A stretch of 64,000 bases of DNA, from assembly GCA_905181715.1 (NCBI GenBank), contig CAJIYT010000001.1:71-64070 (forward strand), given 5' to 3'. Made by a program: the position numbers and the translations under genes. A model generated the notes under the pieces. That model was not told the DNA's origin. It searched no databases and saw only the letters and a program-made list of their open reading frames with translations. Positions 27,339 through 35,961 of this stretch are shown here, piece by piece. Positions within the stretch are counted from its first letter, which is position 1. Each line of letters begins with the position of its first letter. This stretch comes from an uncultured Candidatus Poseidoniales archaeon (lineage in GTDB: Archaea > Thermoplasmatota > Poseidoniia > Poseidoniales > Poseidoniaceae).

Positions 27339-27607
27339 GGTCATTATCTGCATTCACCCGATTCGGGCTTCTAGTCATGGGCTTCGCTCTGATTTCTATC
27401 GTTTCAGCGCCAGATGTTTGGAGTAACGCTTCGGAGGAGGAAGTTACAACTTCACAACTCGCCGATGGGATGTTCGGAGATTGGGGTCTGGCATTATTGG
27501 TCTTAGGGATTTTGATGGCTATGGCTATGATTGGTGCTGCTTATCTTGTACGTGATGAACGTATTGAAAACCTCGAATGGGAATCCAAAGGCGGTGATGG
27601 AGAATGA
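27335..27607 (+). CDS. nuoJ2: NADH-quinone oxidoreductase subunit J, C-terminal part (split gene)
   Basis: ATGA overlap with nuoJ1. Two TM segments, with LALLVLGILMAMAMIGAAYLV matching the NuoJ C-terminal helix. Confidence 0.7.
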   Translation: MRSLSAFTRFGLLVMGFALISIVSAPDVWSNASEEEVTTSQLADGMFGDWGLALLVLGILMAMAMIGAAYLVRDERIENLEWESKGGDGE

Positions 27608-27906
27608 TTGATCCAGCATGGGTTTCTGGCCTTTCGGCTATTCTGTTTATTCTAGGTCTATGGGGCGCTTTTACCCGTAAGAACGCCATCGTTGTTCTGA
27701 TGTGTATCGAGTTGATTCTCAATGCCGTCAATCTCCAATTCGTTGCAGCTGCGGCTCATCACGGGGATGTCACAGGTTGGATTTACACGATTTTTGCAAT
27801 CGCAATCGCCGCTGCTGAAGTAGCGATCGGCCTAGCAATTTTCTTGTCCATGTATGGTCAACATGAGACGATTTCTCTCGACGAGGTAAATTTGCTCAAA
27901 CATTGA
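27604..27906 (+). CDS. nuoK: NADH-quinone oxidoreductase subunit K (ND4L)
   Basis: 100 aa with three TM segments. CIELILNAVNL and AAAEVAIGLAI. ATGA overlap with nuoJ2. Confidence 0.88.
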   Translation: MIDPAWVSGLSAILFILGLWGAFTRKNAIVVLMCIELILNAVNLQFVAAAAHHGDVTGWIYTIFAIAIAAAEVAIGLAIFLSMYGQHETISLDEVNLLKH

Positions 27907-27911
27907 GGTGA
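27905..27911 (+). promoter_or_regulatory. Shine-Dalgarno GAGGTGA for nuoL
   Basis: 7 nt before ATG 27919. Confidence 0.6.
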
Positions 27912-27918
27912 TGATGAT

Positions 27919-30123
27919 ATGGCAGGTTCTGGAATCATTGATTACGCGATGTGGATTGTACTACTCCCCATCCTCGCCTTCCCGGTGATATTATTCCTCG
28001 GGCGTATGTTCAACGGCTTACCCCAATGGCGTGATGGTGCCAAAGAGGGTGGCATAATCTCCTTGATTGTAATGGGGATTTCACTTCTGCTCTCCCTGTT
28101 ATTGATAATGGAGCATCTCAATCATGTAGGTAGTGCTAGTATCTACACCTGGTTCACCAGTTCGTGGTGGGATGGCTCTACTGCAGTCATGGATACCAAA
28201 ATATTCGGTGTCGGCGTATATATCGATCATATCACAGTAATGCTTCTGTTCGTCGCTAGTTTCCTCTGTTTCTTAATCAACGTTTTCAGCATTGGGTACA
28301 TGAATACCGACCCGATCAACAAGGACCGCAATCACCGCTTCTACGCAGAATTCCTCTTGTTTTGTGCTGGAATGCTAGGTATGGTTCTTGCAGACAGTTT
28401 CCTTTGGTTATTCATATTCTGGGAGATAATGGGTCTTTGCTCCTATCTACTGATTGGGTTTTACTATGAGAGGCCAAGTGCTGCATATGCAGCCAAGAAG
28501 GCTTTCCTAACCACTCGTGTAGGGGATGTATTTCTCTTAATTGGTTTGATAATGCTCTGGGATATGTTCGGCAGTCTCGATTTCGCTGTGGTCTTTGATG
28601 CAGCCGCTATTCAAGCTGTAGACGCAGGAAGTCTACAACTAGCATTGGGAATGATGTTCATTGGTGCTGTCGGTAAGTCTGCGCAATTCCCACTCCACGT
28701 CTGGTTGCCCGATGCTATGGAAGGGCCAACACCAGTATCTGCTCTAATCCACGCAGCAACTATGGTCAACGCCGGTCTCTATCTTGTGGCCAGAATGTTC
28801 CCATTCTTCGCTGCAGCACCGCTTGGTTCTATGACGACTCTTGCGATAATAATCGCTATGGTCGGGGGAATAACCGCTTGTATGGCTGCACTCATCGCAT
28901 TCGTTCAAAAGGATATCAAGAAGGTATTAGCATACTCGACAATGAGTCAATTGGCTTACATCTTCACCGGATTAGGAGCAGCTCTTTGGCTGGTTAATAA
29001 CGGGTATGAGACTCTTGCAACCGTCGCCTTCGGCGCCTCATTATTCCATCTCTTCAATCACGCAATGGCCAAAGGAATGTTATTCATGGCTAGCGGTTCT
29101 GTAATTCACGAGATGCACCATGCGCATCATGAAGTCCATGCTCATCATGATGGTGAGGACGGGCATGATGACCACGATGACGATGATGATTTTGACGCTC
29201 AATCGATGGAGAATATGGGCGGACTGGCTAGTAGAATGCCAATCACTGCTACGGCTATGCTCGTCGGTAGTGCTTCGATAATTGGGATTCCTTTGATTGG
29301 TGGTTTCTGGTCCAAGGAAGGAATTATCGCCAATGCTTGGCAAGTAGCACTGAAAGAACCAATTTTCATGATACCCGCTATGTTGATTTTGATATGTGCG
29401 GGAATGACGGGCTTCTATATGTCTCGAATGTGGTTCATGACCTTTGCTGGTGAGCCGAAAACCGAGGTTGCTGCAAAGGTGAAAGAACAGACAGCCTGGA
29501 TACCAATACCATTGGTAGTCTTGACCTTTGTCACCTTGGGTGGTATTATCTTCGCCGGTCTTCATTCAACCAATTGGTTGGGCGATTCTACAGGTGGGCA
29601 CTTCGCCAACTTCTTTGGCGATCACGGTATAGTTGCGGAGTTAGGCCATGCTTTTGCTAATCATGACATATTTTTCTTTATTCTAACATATGTGACTATT
29701 GGACTTTCTTCTATCTTTGGACCGATGTTAGCGATGGCGCTTTATGGCGGTTCTCTCGATGAAGGTCAGAAAGCAAAAGGTTGGATGCAGTGGCTAATCA
29801 ATCTCAATTCACAAGTCAAAACCAATTTCCACTTCGATAATAGCGCTTGGGCAAATAGTAGTTTATCCCGGGCACTCGACAATCGTCTTTACTTCGATGC
29901 ATGGTATGATGCAGCCTGTCTCAAACTAGTTGTTGGGCTTGCCAATATGGCATCTGTTTTCGACCGCAAGGTAATCGATGGTGCTGTCAAGGGCATCGAG
30001 TCCTCAACACAAGCAGCATCGAGTAAAGTGCGTTCGCTGACTACAGGTTCTGCTCGTGATTACATCATGATGGCCGCACTGGGCACTTTGGCAATCTTTA
30101 TCCTCATCTGGGGGGCTGCTTGA
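27919..30123 (+). CDS. nuoL: NADH-quinone oxidoreductase subunit L (ND5)
   Basis: WEIMGLCSYLLIGFYYE and GKSAQFPLHVWLPDAMEGPTPVSALIHAATMV. Contains a His/Asp-rich loop at 29107-29202. Confidence 0.9.
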   Translation: MAGSGIIDYAMWIVLLPILAFPVILFLGRMFNGLPQWRDGAKEGGIISLIVMGISLLLSLLLIMEHLNHVGSASIYTWFTSSWWDGSTAVMDTKIFGVGVYIDHITVMLLFVASFLCFLINVFSIGYMNTDPINKDRNHRFYAEFLLFCAGMLGMVLADSFLWLFIFWEIMGLCSYLLIGFYYERPSAAYAAKKAFLTTRVGDVFLLIGLIMLWDMFGSLDFAVVFDAAAIQAVDAGSLQLALGMMFIGAVGKSAQFPLHVWLPDAMEGPTPVSALIHAATMVNAGLYLVARMFPFFAAAPLGSMTTLAIIIAMVGGITACMAALIAFVQKDIKKVLAYSTMSQLAYIFTGLGAALWLVNNGYETLATVAFGASLFHLFNHAMAKGMLFMASGSVIHEMHHAHHEVHAHHDGEDGHDDHDDDDDFDAQSMENMGGLASRMPITATAMLVGSASIIGIPLIGGFWSKEGIIANAWQVALKEPIFMIPAMLILICAGMTGFYMSRMWFMTFAGEPKTEVAAKVKEQTAWIPIPLVVLTFVTLGGIIFAGLHSTNWLGDSTGGHFANFFGDHGIVAELGHAFANHDIFFFILTYVTIGLSSIFGPMLAMALYGGSLDEGQKAKGWMQWLINLNSQVKTNFHFDNSAWANSSLSRALDNRLYFDAWYDAACLKLVVGLANMASVFDRKVIDGAVKGIESSTQAASSKVRSLTTGSARDYIMMAALGTLAIFILIWGAA

Positions 30124-31851
30124 ATGGGTCAAAATGCACCATTGAAAATCAAAGAGCGTGAGTTTATTCTCGTTGGATTATTCTTGATTTTAACAGCAGC
30201 TATTGCTTCACTATTCCCCAATATCGCTTCACCAAACCCCAATGGTATCATCGATTGGATATCGATTCCTTTGGTAGGATTCCCCATTCTCTCCAGTATC
30301 GTATTGTTGGCATTCGCGAGTCAGGAAAAAGCCAGTCGTAGAACCAAACTCGACTCGCCAGTCCGTCTAGCCTGTCTAGCATTCTCATTGGTACCACTCG
30401 GAATTTCAACCGCTTTATTCTTTGATTGGTTGGCAGTCATTGACTGGACCAATATTGGTTACAATTCCTATGTCATCAAGCACCAATATGTCTGGATTGA
30501 GAGCATTGGAGTCTCTTGGCACGTGGGAATGGACGGACTGTCCTTCCCCATGGTTTGGCTGACTTCAATTCTGGTACCAATCACAATAGTCATGACTTGG
30601 GATGAAAAGAATGGCTCTGCATATCATCCATTACTATTGTTGATGGGCGGTTCTTTGATTGGAGTCTTTGTAGCACTAGATCTATTCATGTTCTATGTGT
30701 TCTGGGAGTTAACCTTGATTCCAATGTTTTTCTTAATCCTCAAATGGGGTGGTGATGAGCGTAGATATGCGGCTCAGAAGTTCTTCATCTACACCTTTAC
30801 TGCTAGTGTGATAATGCTGCTAGGATTGGTAACACTCTACTTCTTACAACCTATTGGAACCGGTGCTCACTATGGTGAATTGACTGGCAGAACTTTCGAT
30901 ATGACTCTATTGATTGATAGTGCACGTAGTGGTAATCTCGATGGTGGAACTTGGTTGGGAATCGATATGCAAAAGGCGATTTTCCTAATGCTAATGCTTG
31001 GTTTCCTAGTAAAGTTACCAGCGGTACCATTCCATACTTGGCTACCCGATGCTCACGTCCAAGCGCCTACAGGTGGTTCGATGCTCTTAGCAGGAGTGAT
31101 GTTGAAAATGGGCGCTTATGGAATGATGCGCCTACCGGTAGCAATGTTCCCTGATGCGCTGATGTATTATCAGGATTTGATAATGATAATCGGTTTGGTG
31201 TCCTTGGTCTGGGGATCAATCGTCTGCTTAGGCCAAACCAATCTCAAGCGTATGGTCGCATATTCCTCAGTATCACACATGGGTATCATCCTACTTGGAA
31301 TCGCCAGTATGCAACCCATCGGCTATGCCGCTGCCTTATTCATGATGTTCGCACACGGATTGATTTCACCAATGCTTTTCGCAGTGTGTGGGGCTTTCAA
31401 ACATCATTATCATTCTATGGAAATCGGTTCGATGCGAGGCATGGCCAAGTGGAGTCCCTTCCTTGCAGTTTACATGATGTTTGGCTGGATGGCGAGTCTT
31501 GGCTTACCACTTCTTGCAGGATTCGTAGCTGAGTTGATGGTATTGCTCGCATATTGGCCAACCTATGGTTGGTGGATATTGTTGCCAGCATTTGTTTTAG
31601 TCATCACCGCAGCATTCTACCTCTGGAGTATTCAGAGAACCATCTTTGAAGGTGGCGATGAAGGGCAACCCCCAGAATCTTTGCATGGCGAGACCCCGCC
31701 AGATATTTCAGGTCACGAAAACGTAGCCATGTTTCTACTAGCATTGCTCATCGTGCTCTTTGGAGTGATGCCCTTCATCGCTCTTGATATGATGAACTCT
31801 TGGAGTAACAATCTATTCGAGATGGTTTTCGCCCAACAAGGAGGTGCTTGA
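30124..31851 (+). CDS. nuoM: NADH-quinone oxidoreductase subunit M (ND4)
   Basis: FVKLPAVPFHTWLPDAHVQAPTGGSMLLAGVMLKMGAYG. The ATG directly abuts the nuoL stop. Confidence 0.9.
   Translation: MGQNAPLKIKEREFILVGLFLILTAAIASLFPNIASPNPNGIIDWISIPLVGFPILSSIVLLAFASQEKASRRTKLDSPVRLACLAFSLVPLGISTALFFDWLAVIDWTNIGYNSYVIKHQYVWIESIGVSWHVGMDGLSFPMVWLTSILVPITIVMTWDEKNGSAYHPLLLLMGGSLIGVFVALDLFMFYVFWELTLIPMFFLILKWGGDERRYAAQKFFIYTFTASVIMLLGLVTLYFLQPIGTGAHYGELTGRTFDMTLLIDSARSGNLDGGTWLGIDMQKAIFLMLMLGFLVKLPAVPFHTWLPDAHVQAPTGGSMLLAGVMLKMGAYGMMRLPVAMFPDALMYYQDLIMIIGLVSLVWGSIVCLGQTNLKRMVAYSSVSHMGIILLGIASMQPIGYAAALFMMFAHGLISPMLFAVCGAFKHHYHSMEIGSMRGMAKWSPFLAVYMMFGWMASLGLPLLAGFVAELMVLLAYWPTYGWWILLPAFVLVITAAFYLWSIQRTIFEGGDEGQPPESLHGETPPDISGHENVAMFLLALLIVLFGVMPFIALDMMNSWSNNLFEMVFAQQGGA
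31839..31846 (+). promoter_or_regulatory. Shine-Dalgarno AGGAGGTG for nuoN
   Basis: 6 nt before ATG 31853. This argues against the track's GTG 31844 start. Confidence 0.6.
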
Positions 31852-31852
31852 A

Positions 31853-33550
31853 ATGGAGATAGTCACCGCTTTTAGCGATGGGTTCATCTCTAGTTTGACC
31901 CCAGAGCTAGTACTTTTTGCTGGTTTACTTCTAGTAATTTTGATTCCCAATCTTGGCAACTCTACTTTCAGAATACCATCGACAGGTATTCGTGTACCTT
32001 GGTTACTCGGAGGTAAGCGCTTCGCTTTGACCTCCGACCCTCGTCTTCCGGGATATCTAACCTGTCTAATTCTAGCAGCATCGTTTATCCTTACCATGCT
32101 TTCACAAGCCTCTGAGGCAAGTGTGACTCTGATTCAGAGCGATAGCGGCATGGATTTACTCAAAGTAGACGGATTTAGCCGTCTATTCGAGATGTTATTC
32201 ATCGGTGCCATTCTCGCTGCTGCACTAGCAAGCCTCGATAGATTACCGACCAATAAGAGTGAGGAAAATGATCTTGACTCGCTTTACAATAATCGCCGAC
32301 AGGTCGACTTCTACATCTTGCTACTAACCACAGCATTGGGAATGTCGATAGTTGCATTAGCACAGGATTTATTCATCCTATTCATCGGTTTAGAATTGGC
32401 TAGCCTTTCGACTTATGTCCTAGTGGCTTTCCAGAAGGAATCCAAAGCTGGCAGTGAGGCAGGAGTGAAGTATTTCATCGTCGGCTCGGTAGCTAGCGCA
32501 GTTGGTCTATACGGTCTTTCCCTGCTCTATCTCTGGGCAGGATCGCTACAATTCGATGAACTAAGTGCTGCATGGAATGCAGGTGCTCCAGCTCTAGCAT
32601 TAGTTGGTCTAGGAATGGTTCTGGTTGGCTTTGGTTTCAAGGTCAGTGCAGTACCATTCCATTTCGCAGCACCAGATGCATATGCAGGTGCTTCTAGCCC
32701 AGTTGCAGGATTACTAGCTACCGCAAGCAAGGCTATGGGAATGCTCGGTCTGATCAGATTACTAGTGGTAATCGCTATTCCTGATGGAGCAGAAGGCAGT
32801 GCGGTATGGTTGGTCACTCTCGCAGTATTATCGGCAATCACTATGACATGGGGTAATATTGCAGCATTAGGTAGCGATAATCCTAAGCGGATGTTAGCCT
32901 ATTCATCAGTCGCTCACGCTGGATATATGTTAGCAGCATTGACTGCAGTAGGTGCTTGGCGCTGGGGTCATGTAGCGGCTCCAGTCGGTTTTGCTGAAGC
33001 TATCCTTGGAGCTATTGCGTTCCACCTAGTGGTATTAGTAGCATTCAAGATGGGTGCATTCCTAGTGCTAGCATTGCTTGAAATGGAAGGCGGTGCCAGC
33101 AGATTATCCAGTCTTGCTGGTTTAGGTAGGAGAGAACCTCTACTAGCCGTTTGTATGTTCATCTTCATGCTATCACTAGCTGGTGTGCCTCCACTGGCAG
33201 GATTCTTGTCGAAGTTCCTCTTGATAGCGGGAATCGTCAAGATGTCGATAGGTGATCTTTCGACAACAGTAGCCCAAGATGGTGCTTTGTCATTGGGTTC
33301 ACTTCATTGGATTTGGTGGTTTGCACTACTGATTTTCATCAACAGTGCAATCTCATTATTCTATTATCTTAGAGTTGTAGTTGTGATGTTCTTTGATGAA
33401 GCAGAAGATGGTAGAAAACAACCTTTGCCAAAGGGTTTCTTCATCCGTGTTACAATTTGGGGTTGTGCAATCGCTACAATCCTCTTTGGTATCGGTGGAG
33501 ATGCCTTGGTCAGACTTTGTTTCGCAGCGGTAGAGAATTTACAATTGTGA
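31853..33550 (+). CDS. nuoN: NADH-quinone oxidoreductase subunit N (ND2)
   Basis: GFKVSAVPFHFAAPDAYAGASSPVAGLL and KRMLAYSSVAHAGYM. Start moved to ATG 31853 (MEIVTAF...). Confidence 0.88.
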   Translation: MEIVTAFSDGFISSLTPELVLFAGLLLVILIPNLGNSTFRIPSTGIRVPWLLGGKRFALTSDPRLPGYLTCLILAASFILTMLSQASEASVTLIQSDSGMDLLKVDGFSRLFEMLFIGAILAAALASLDRLPTNKSEENDLDSLYNNRRQVDFYILLLTTALGMSIVALAQDLFILFIGLELASLSTYVLVAFQKESKAGSEAGVKYFIVGSVASAVGLYGLSLLYLWAGSLQFDELSAAWNAGAPALALVGLGMVLVGFGFKVSAVPFHFAAPDAYAGASSPVAGLLATASKAMGMLGLIRLLVVIAIPDGAEGSAVWLVTLAVLSAITMTWGNIAALGSDNPKRMLAYSSVAHAGYMLAALTAVGAWRWGHVAAPVGFAEAILGAIAFHLVVLVAFKMGAFLVLALLEMEGGASRLSSLAGLGRREPLLAVCMFIFMLSLAGVPPLAGFLSKFLLIAGIVKMSIGDLSTTVAQDGALSLGSLHWIWWFALLIFINSAISLFYYLRVVVVMFFDEAEDGRKQPLPKGFFIRVTIWGCAIATILFGIGGDALVRLCFAAVENLQL

Positions 33551-33609
33551 TACCGAGTCTAGAAAACGACGCCTCTGCCTTCAAGTAGGTAGGGCATCTG
33601 GAGCGCTAT

Positions 33610-34134
33610 ATGGGCCGCAGGCGTGAAGAGAAGGTCGACGAGGAGGAATTAGCTCGTCTGATGTCCAGCGAGGGCGGCGCAAGTAAAATCCGCGTTAAGA
33701 TGCCCAACACCAAGGTCAATGAGATGTTTGCCATCGCTGAAAATATTCTCGGTGGTCGCAGAGTTACTGTACTCTGCGCTGATGGTGAGACTAGAATGGC
33801 TAGAATACCTGGCAAGATGCGTCGCCGTCAATGGGTTCGCGAAGGAGATTTGATCATAGTCTGGCCATGGGACTTCCAAGATGCTAAGGCAGATGTCAAG
33901 CATCGCTATACCAAAACTCAATCCATTTACCTCTCTAGAAAAGGTGCTCTACCAAAAGATGTCGACATCTTCGGCATGAATGCTATGACCGATGATTTCG
34001 ACGACGAAGATGGTCTATTTTCCAACGAATCGGATATTCCTTCACCCAAGTCCGAACCACCAGTGGAAGAAGTAAAGGCTGAGACTGAGGAAGAGGATGA
34101 CGATGATGAGGATCTCGATGCTCTATTCTCTTGA
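33610..34134 (+). CDS. eif1A: translation initiation factor aIF-1A with an extended basic N-tail and a long acidic C-tail
   Basis: S1-like core RVKMPNTKVNEMFAIAENILGGRRVTVLCADGETRMARIPGKMRRRQWVREGDLIIVWPWDFQDAKADVKHRYTKTQ. The protein is 174 aa and carries a tail beyond the S1-like core. The tail ends EEEDDDDEDLDALFS. Confidence 0.9.
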   Translation: MGRRREEKVDEEELARLMSSEGGASKIRVKMPNTKVNEMFAIAENILGGRRVTVLCADGETRMARIPGKMRRRQWVREGDLIIVWPWDFQDAKADVKHRYTKTQSIYLSRKGALPKDVDIFGMNAMTDDFDDEDGLFSNESDIPSPKSEPPVEEVKAETEEEDDDDEDLDALFS

Positions 34135-34155
34135 TAGCCTAAATCCCTCGCATTT

Positions 34156-34162
34156 GAGGTGA
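34156..34162 (+). promoter_or_regulatory. Shine-Dalgarno GAGGTGA for the GTG-initiated rio1
   Basis: 4 nt before GTG 34167. Confidence 0.5.
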
Positions 34163-34166
34163 TTTT

Positions 34167-35063
34167 GTGGACGAGGACGATTTAGATGGTCTTGAAGATT
34201 CAGCCTTTCAAGAGGCGGAGCAGAAGGCTTTCATCAAAGGTTTAGACCAAAAAGATAGTTTTGGTTGGATGAATGAGAAGCGTTATAGCAATATGTTCTC
34301 AAAGATCGAGAAAGGATTGCAAGGCGTTCTTGGTAAAGGGCAATTCGAATGGGTCGACCGTCGTGTCTTCGATCAGGTTTTTGACCGTTTGACCCTAATG
34401 AGCCTATACAAATTGATGACACAGGGCCATTTAGATACGCTTGATTTTCCAATCGCTCGCGGCAAGGAAGCCCACGTATTCCACGGTACTTCTGATAATG
34501 GGCCGGTAGCGGTGAAGATTTTTCATACCTCAAATGCTGTTTTCAAGAACCTTATGAAATATATTGAAGGCGATCAGCGGTTTGGTGGTCTAAGTCGTAG
34601 GCATAGAAAATTGGTCGACATCTGGGTTCGAAAAGAGTATCGCAATCTCTTACGACTTGAAAAATGGGGATTGCGTGTTCCACACCCGATAGCGGTACAC
34701 AAGAATGTACTCGTCATGGAATATATCGGTGATGAGGTTTCACCAGCCCCACGCTTGCGTGATGCGCAAGTAGAAAATCCAGAGGAGGTATTTGATTATC
34801 TCATCCAGTTCACCGCTACCGCCTGGCAAAAAGCAAATTTGGTTCATGCCGACCTTTCTGACTACAATATCCTTTGGCACGAAGGCAAGGCAGTGGTTAT
34901 CGACGTAGGTCAAGGGGTGGTGCAAAGCCATCCAAAGAGCGAGGAGTTTTTGGTTAGAGATGTCAAGCAATTGGTCCGATGGGCTAATCATAATGGAATA
35001 GAAATTGAATTGGCCGATGCTCTTTATGATGTTCTAGAGATGAATCTTGACGAAGAGGAATAG
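34167..35063 (+). CDS. rio1: RIO-type serine/threonine kinase (Rio1)
   Basis: ISRGKEAHVF-like (IARGKEAHVFHG), VAVKIF, LVHADLSDYNILW and VIDVGQGV. GTG start supported by the Shine-Dalgarno element. Confidence 0.88.
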   Translation: MDEDDLDGLEDSAFQEAEQKAFIKGLDQKDSFGWMNEKRYSNMFSKIEKGLQGVLGKGQFEWVDRRVFDQVFDRLTLMSLYKLMTQGHLDTLDFPIARGKEAHVFHGTSDNGPVAVKIFHTSNAVFKNLMKYIEGDQRFGGLSRRHRKLVDIWVRKEYRNLLRLEKWGLRVPHPIAVHKNVLVMEYIGDEVSPAPRLRDAQVENPEEVFDYLIQFTATAWQKANLVHADLSDYNILWHEGKAVVIDVGQGVVQSHPKSEEFLVRDVKQLVRWANHNGIEIELADALYDVLEMNLDEEE

Positions 35064-35202
35064 TAAACCTCATTCTAATGTTACTTACTGAGTCGTAATA
35101 ATCTTACCATCATCGCAGATGTGGTGCAGAGACGGACTACCTTAGCTACACATGTCTGAATTAAGCCGAGTTTGAGCCGACGGTGGCATTGAAGAAGGGT
35201 AG

Positions 35203-35961
35203 GTGCGACGCCCACTCATGCGACAGAGCCTACCTCGGGTTCCTCAGGACCGAATCGCGGTCCTAATCGGTAGCAAGGGTGCTACGCGTCGTAAACTGGA
35301 GGAAGCCTCTGGTTGTATGCGTCTGGTCATTGATTCCGAAAGTGGGGACATCGAGGTATTTTGGCCGGAAGCTGGTAAATTCGATCCGGTTAAAGCGTTA
35401 AAATTACCAGATGTTATCAAAGCGATATCGCGCGGTATGGCACCTGCAAATGCAATTCAGTTACTACAAGATGAATGGTTTTTTGAAATCGTAGACCTCC
35501 GTAATCACGTCGGAAAAAGGTCGAATCAACAACGTCGTATCAGATCACGCTTAATCGGCTCTGAAGGAAAGATTCGTAAATTGATAGAGGATCTCACAGG
35601 TTCACAAATCACCATTTACAATTCAACCATAGTAATCGTCGGTGAGGGCGATGGCCTATCTTTGGCTCGCAAAGCAGTTGAGATGTTATCACAGGGTTCA
35701 GAGCATGGTTCCGTAATCAAGATGCTCGAAAAGGGTCGTAGACGCCATCGTCTTGAAAACCGTAGTATTGATTATATTGAAGTCAAAGAGGATACTTCTG
35801 AAATCAGTGCAGGTTTCCAAGCTTTGGTTCCGGGTCTGAACGCTGTTGTTCGCAGAAATCGTCGCCTTAAATCTCATCAAGTAGATCCTGAAGATGAAGA
35901 GGCTGTGATTGCGGTTATGACTCTAAATTCTGATGAGAGTGTTCAATGGGAAGAGGAGTGA
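35203..35961 (+). CDS. KH-domain RNA-binding protein (Dim2/Pno1-like)
   Basis: Two KH-like modules (RIAVLIGSKGATRRKLEE; RSRLIGSEGKIRKLIEDLTG). Position downstream of aIF1A-Rio1. The start is GTG 35203 or ATG 35218. The 3' end overlaps the convergent gene by 47 nt. Confidence 0.8.
   Translation: MRRPLMRQSLPRVPQDRIAVLIGSKGATRRKLEEASGCMRLVIDSESGDIEVFWPEAGKFDPVKALKLPDVIKAISRGMAPANAIQLLQDEWFFEIVDLRNHVGKRSNQQRRIRSRLIGSEGKIRKLIEDLTGSQITIYNSTIVIVGEGDGLSLARKAVEMLSQGSEHGSVIKMLEKGRRRHRLENRSIDYIEVKEDTSEISAGFQALVPGLNAVVRRNRRLKSHQVDPEDEEAVIAVMTLNSDESVQWEEE

Noticed and set aside
27057-27607. nuoJ as a frameshifted pseudogene
   Set aside because: The two halves are joined by a clean ATGA stop/start overlap, like other junctions in the operon. 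Each half contains intact TM segments. Split nuoJ1/nuoJ2 genes are annotated in other archaea.
35107-35147. Imperfect hairpin (CAGATGTG ... CACATGTCTG) in the rio1/KH spacer as a possible ncRNA
   Set aside because: The stem needs a 2-nt bulge, and I could identify no conserved boxes or further structure. The evidence is not enough to call an RNA gene.
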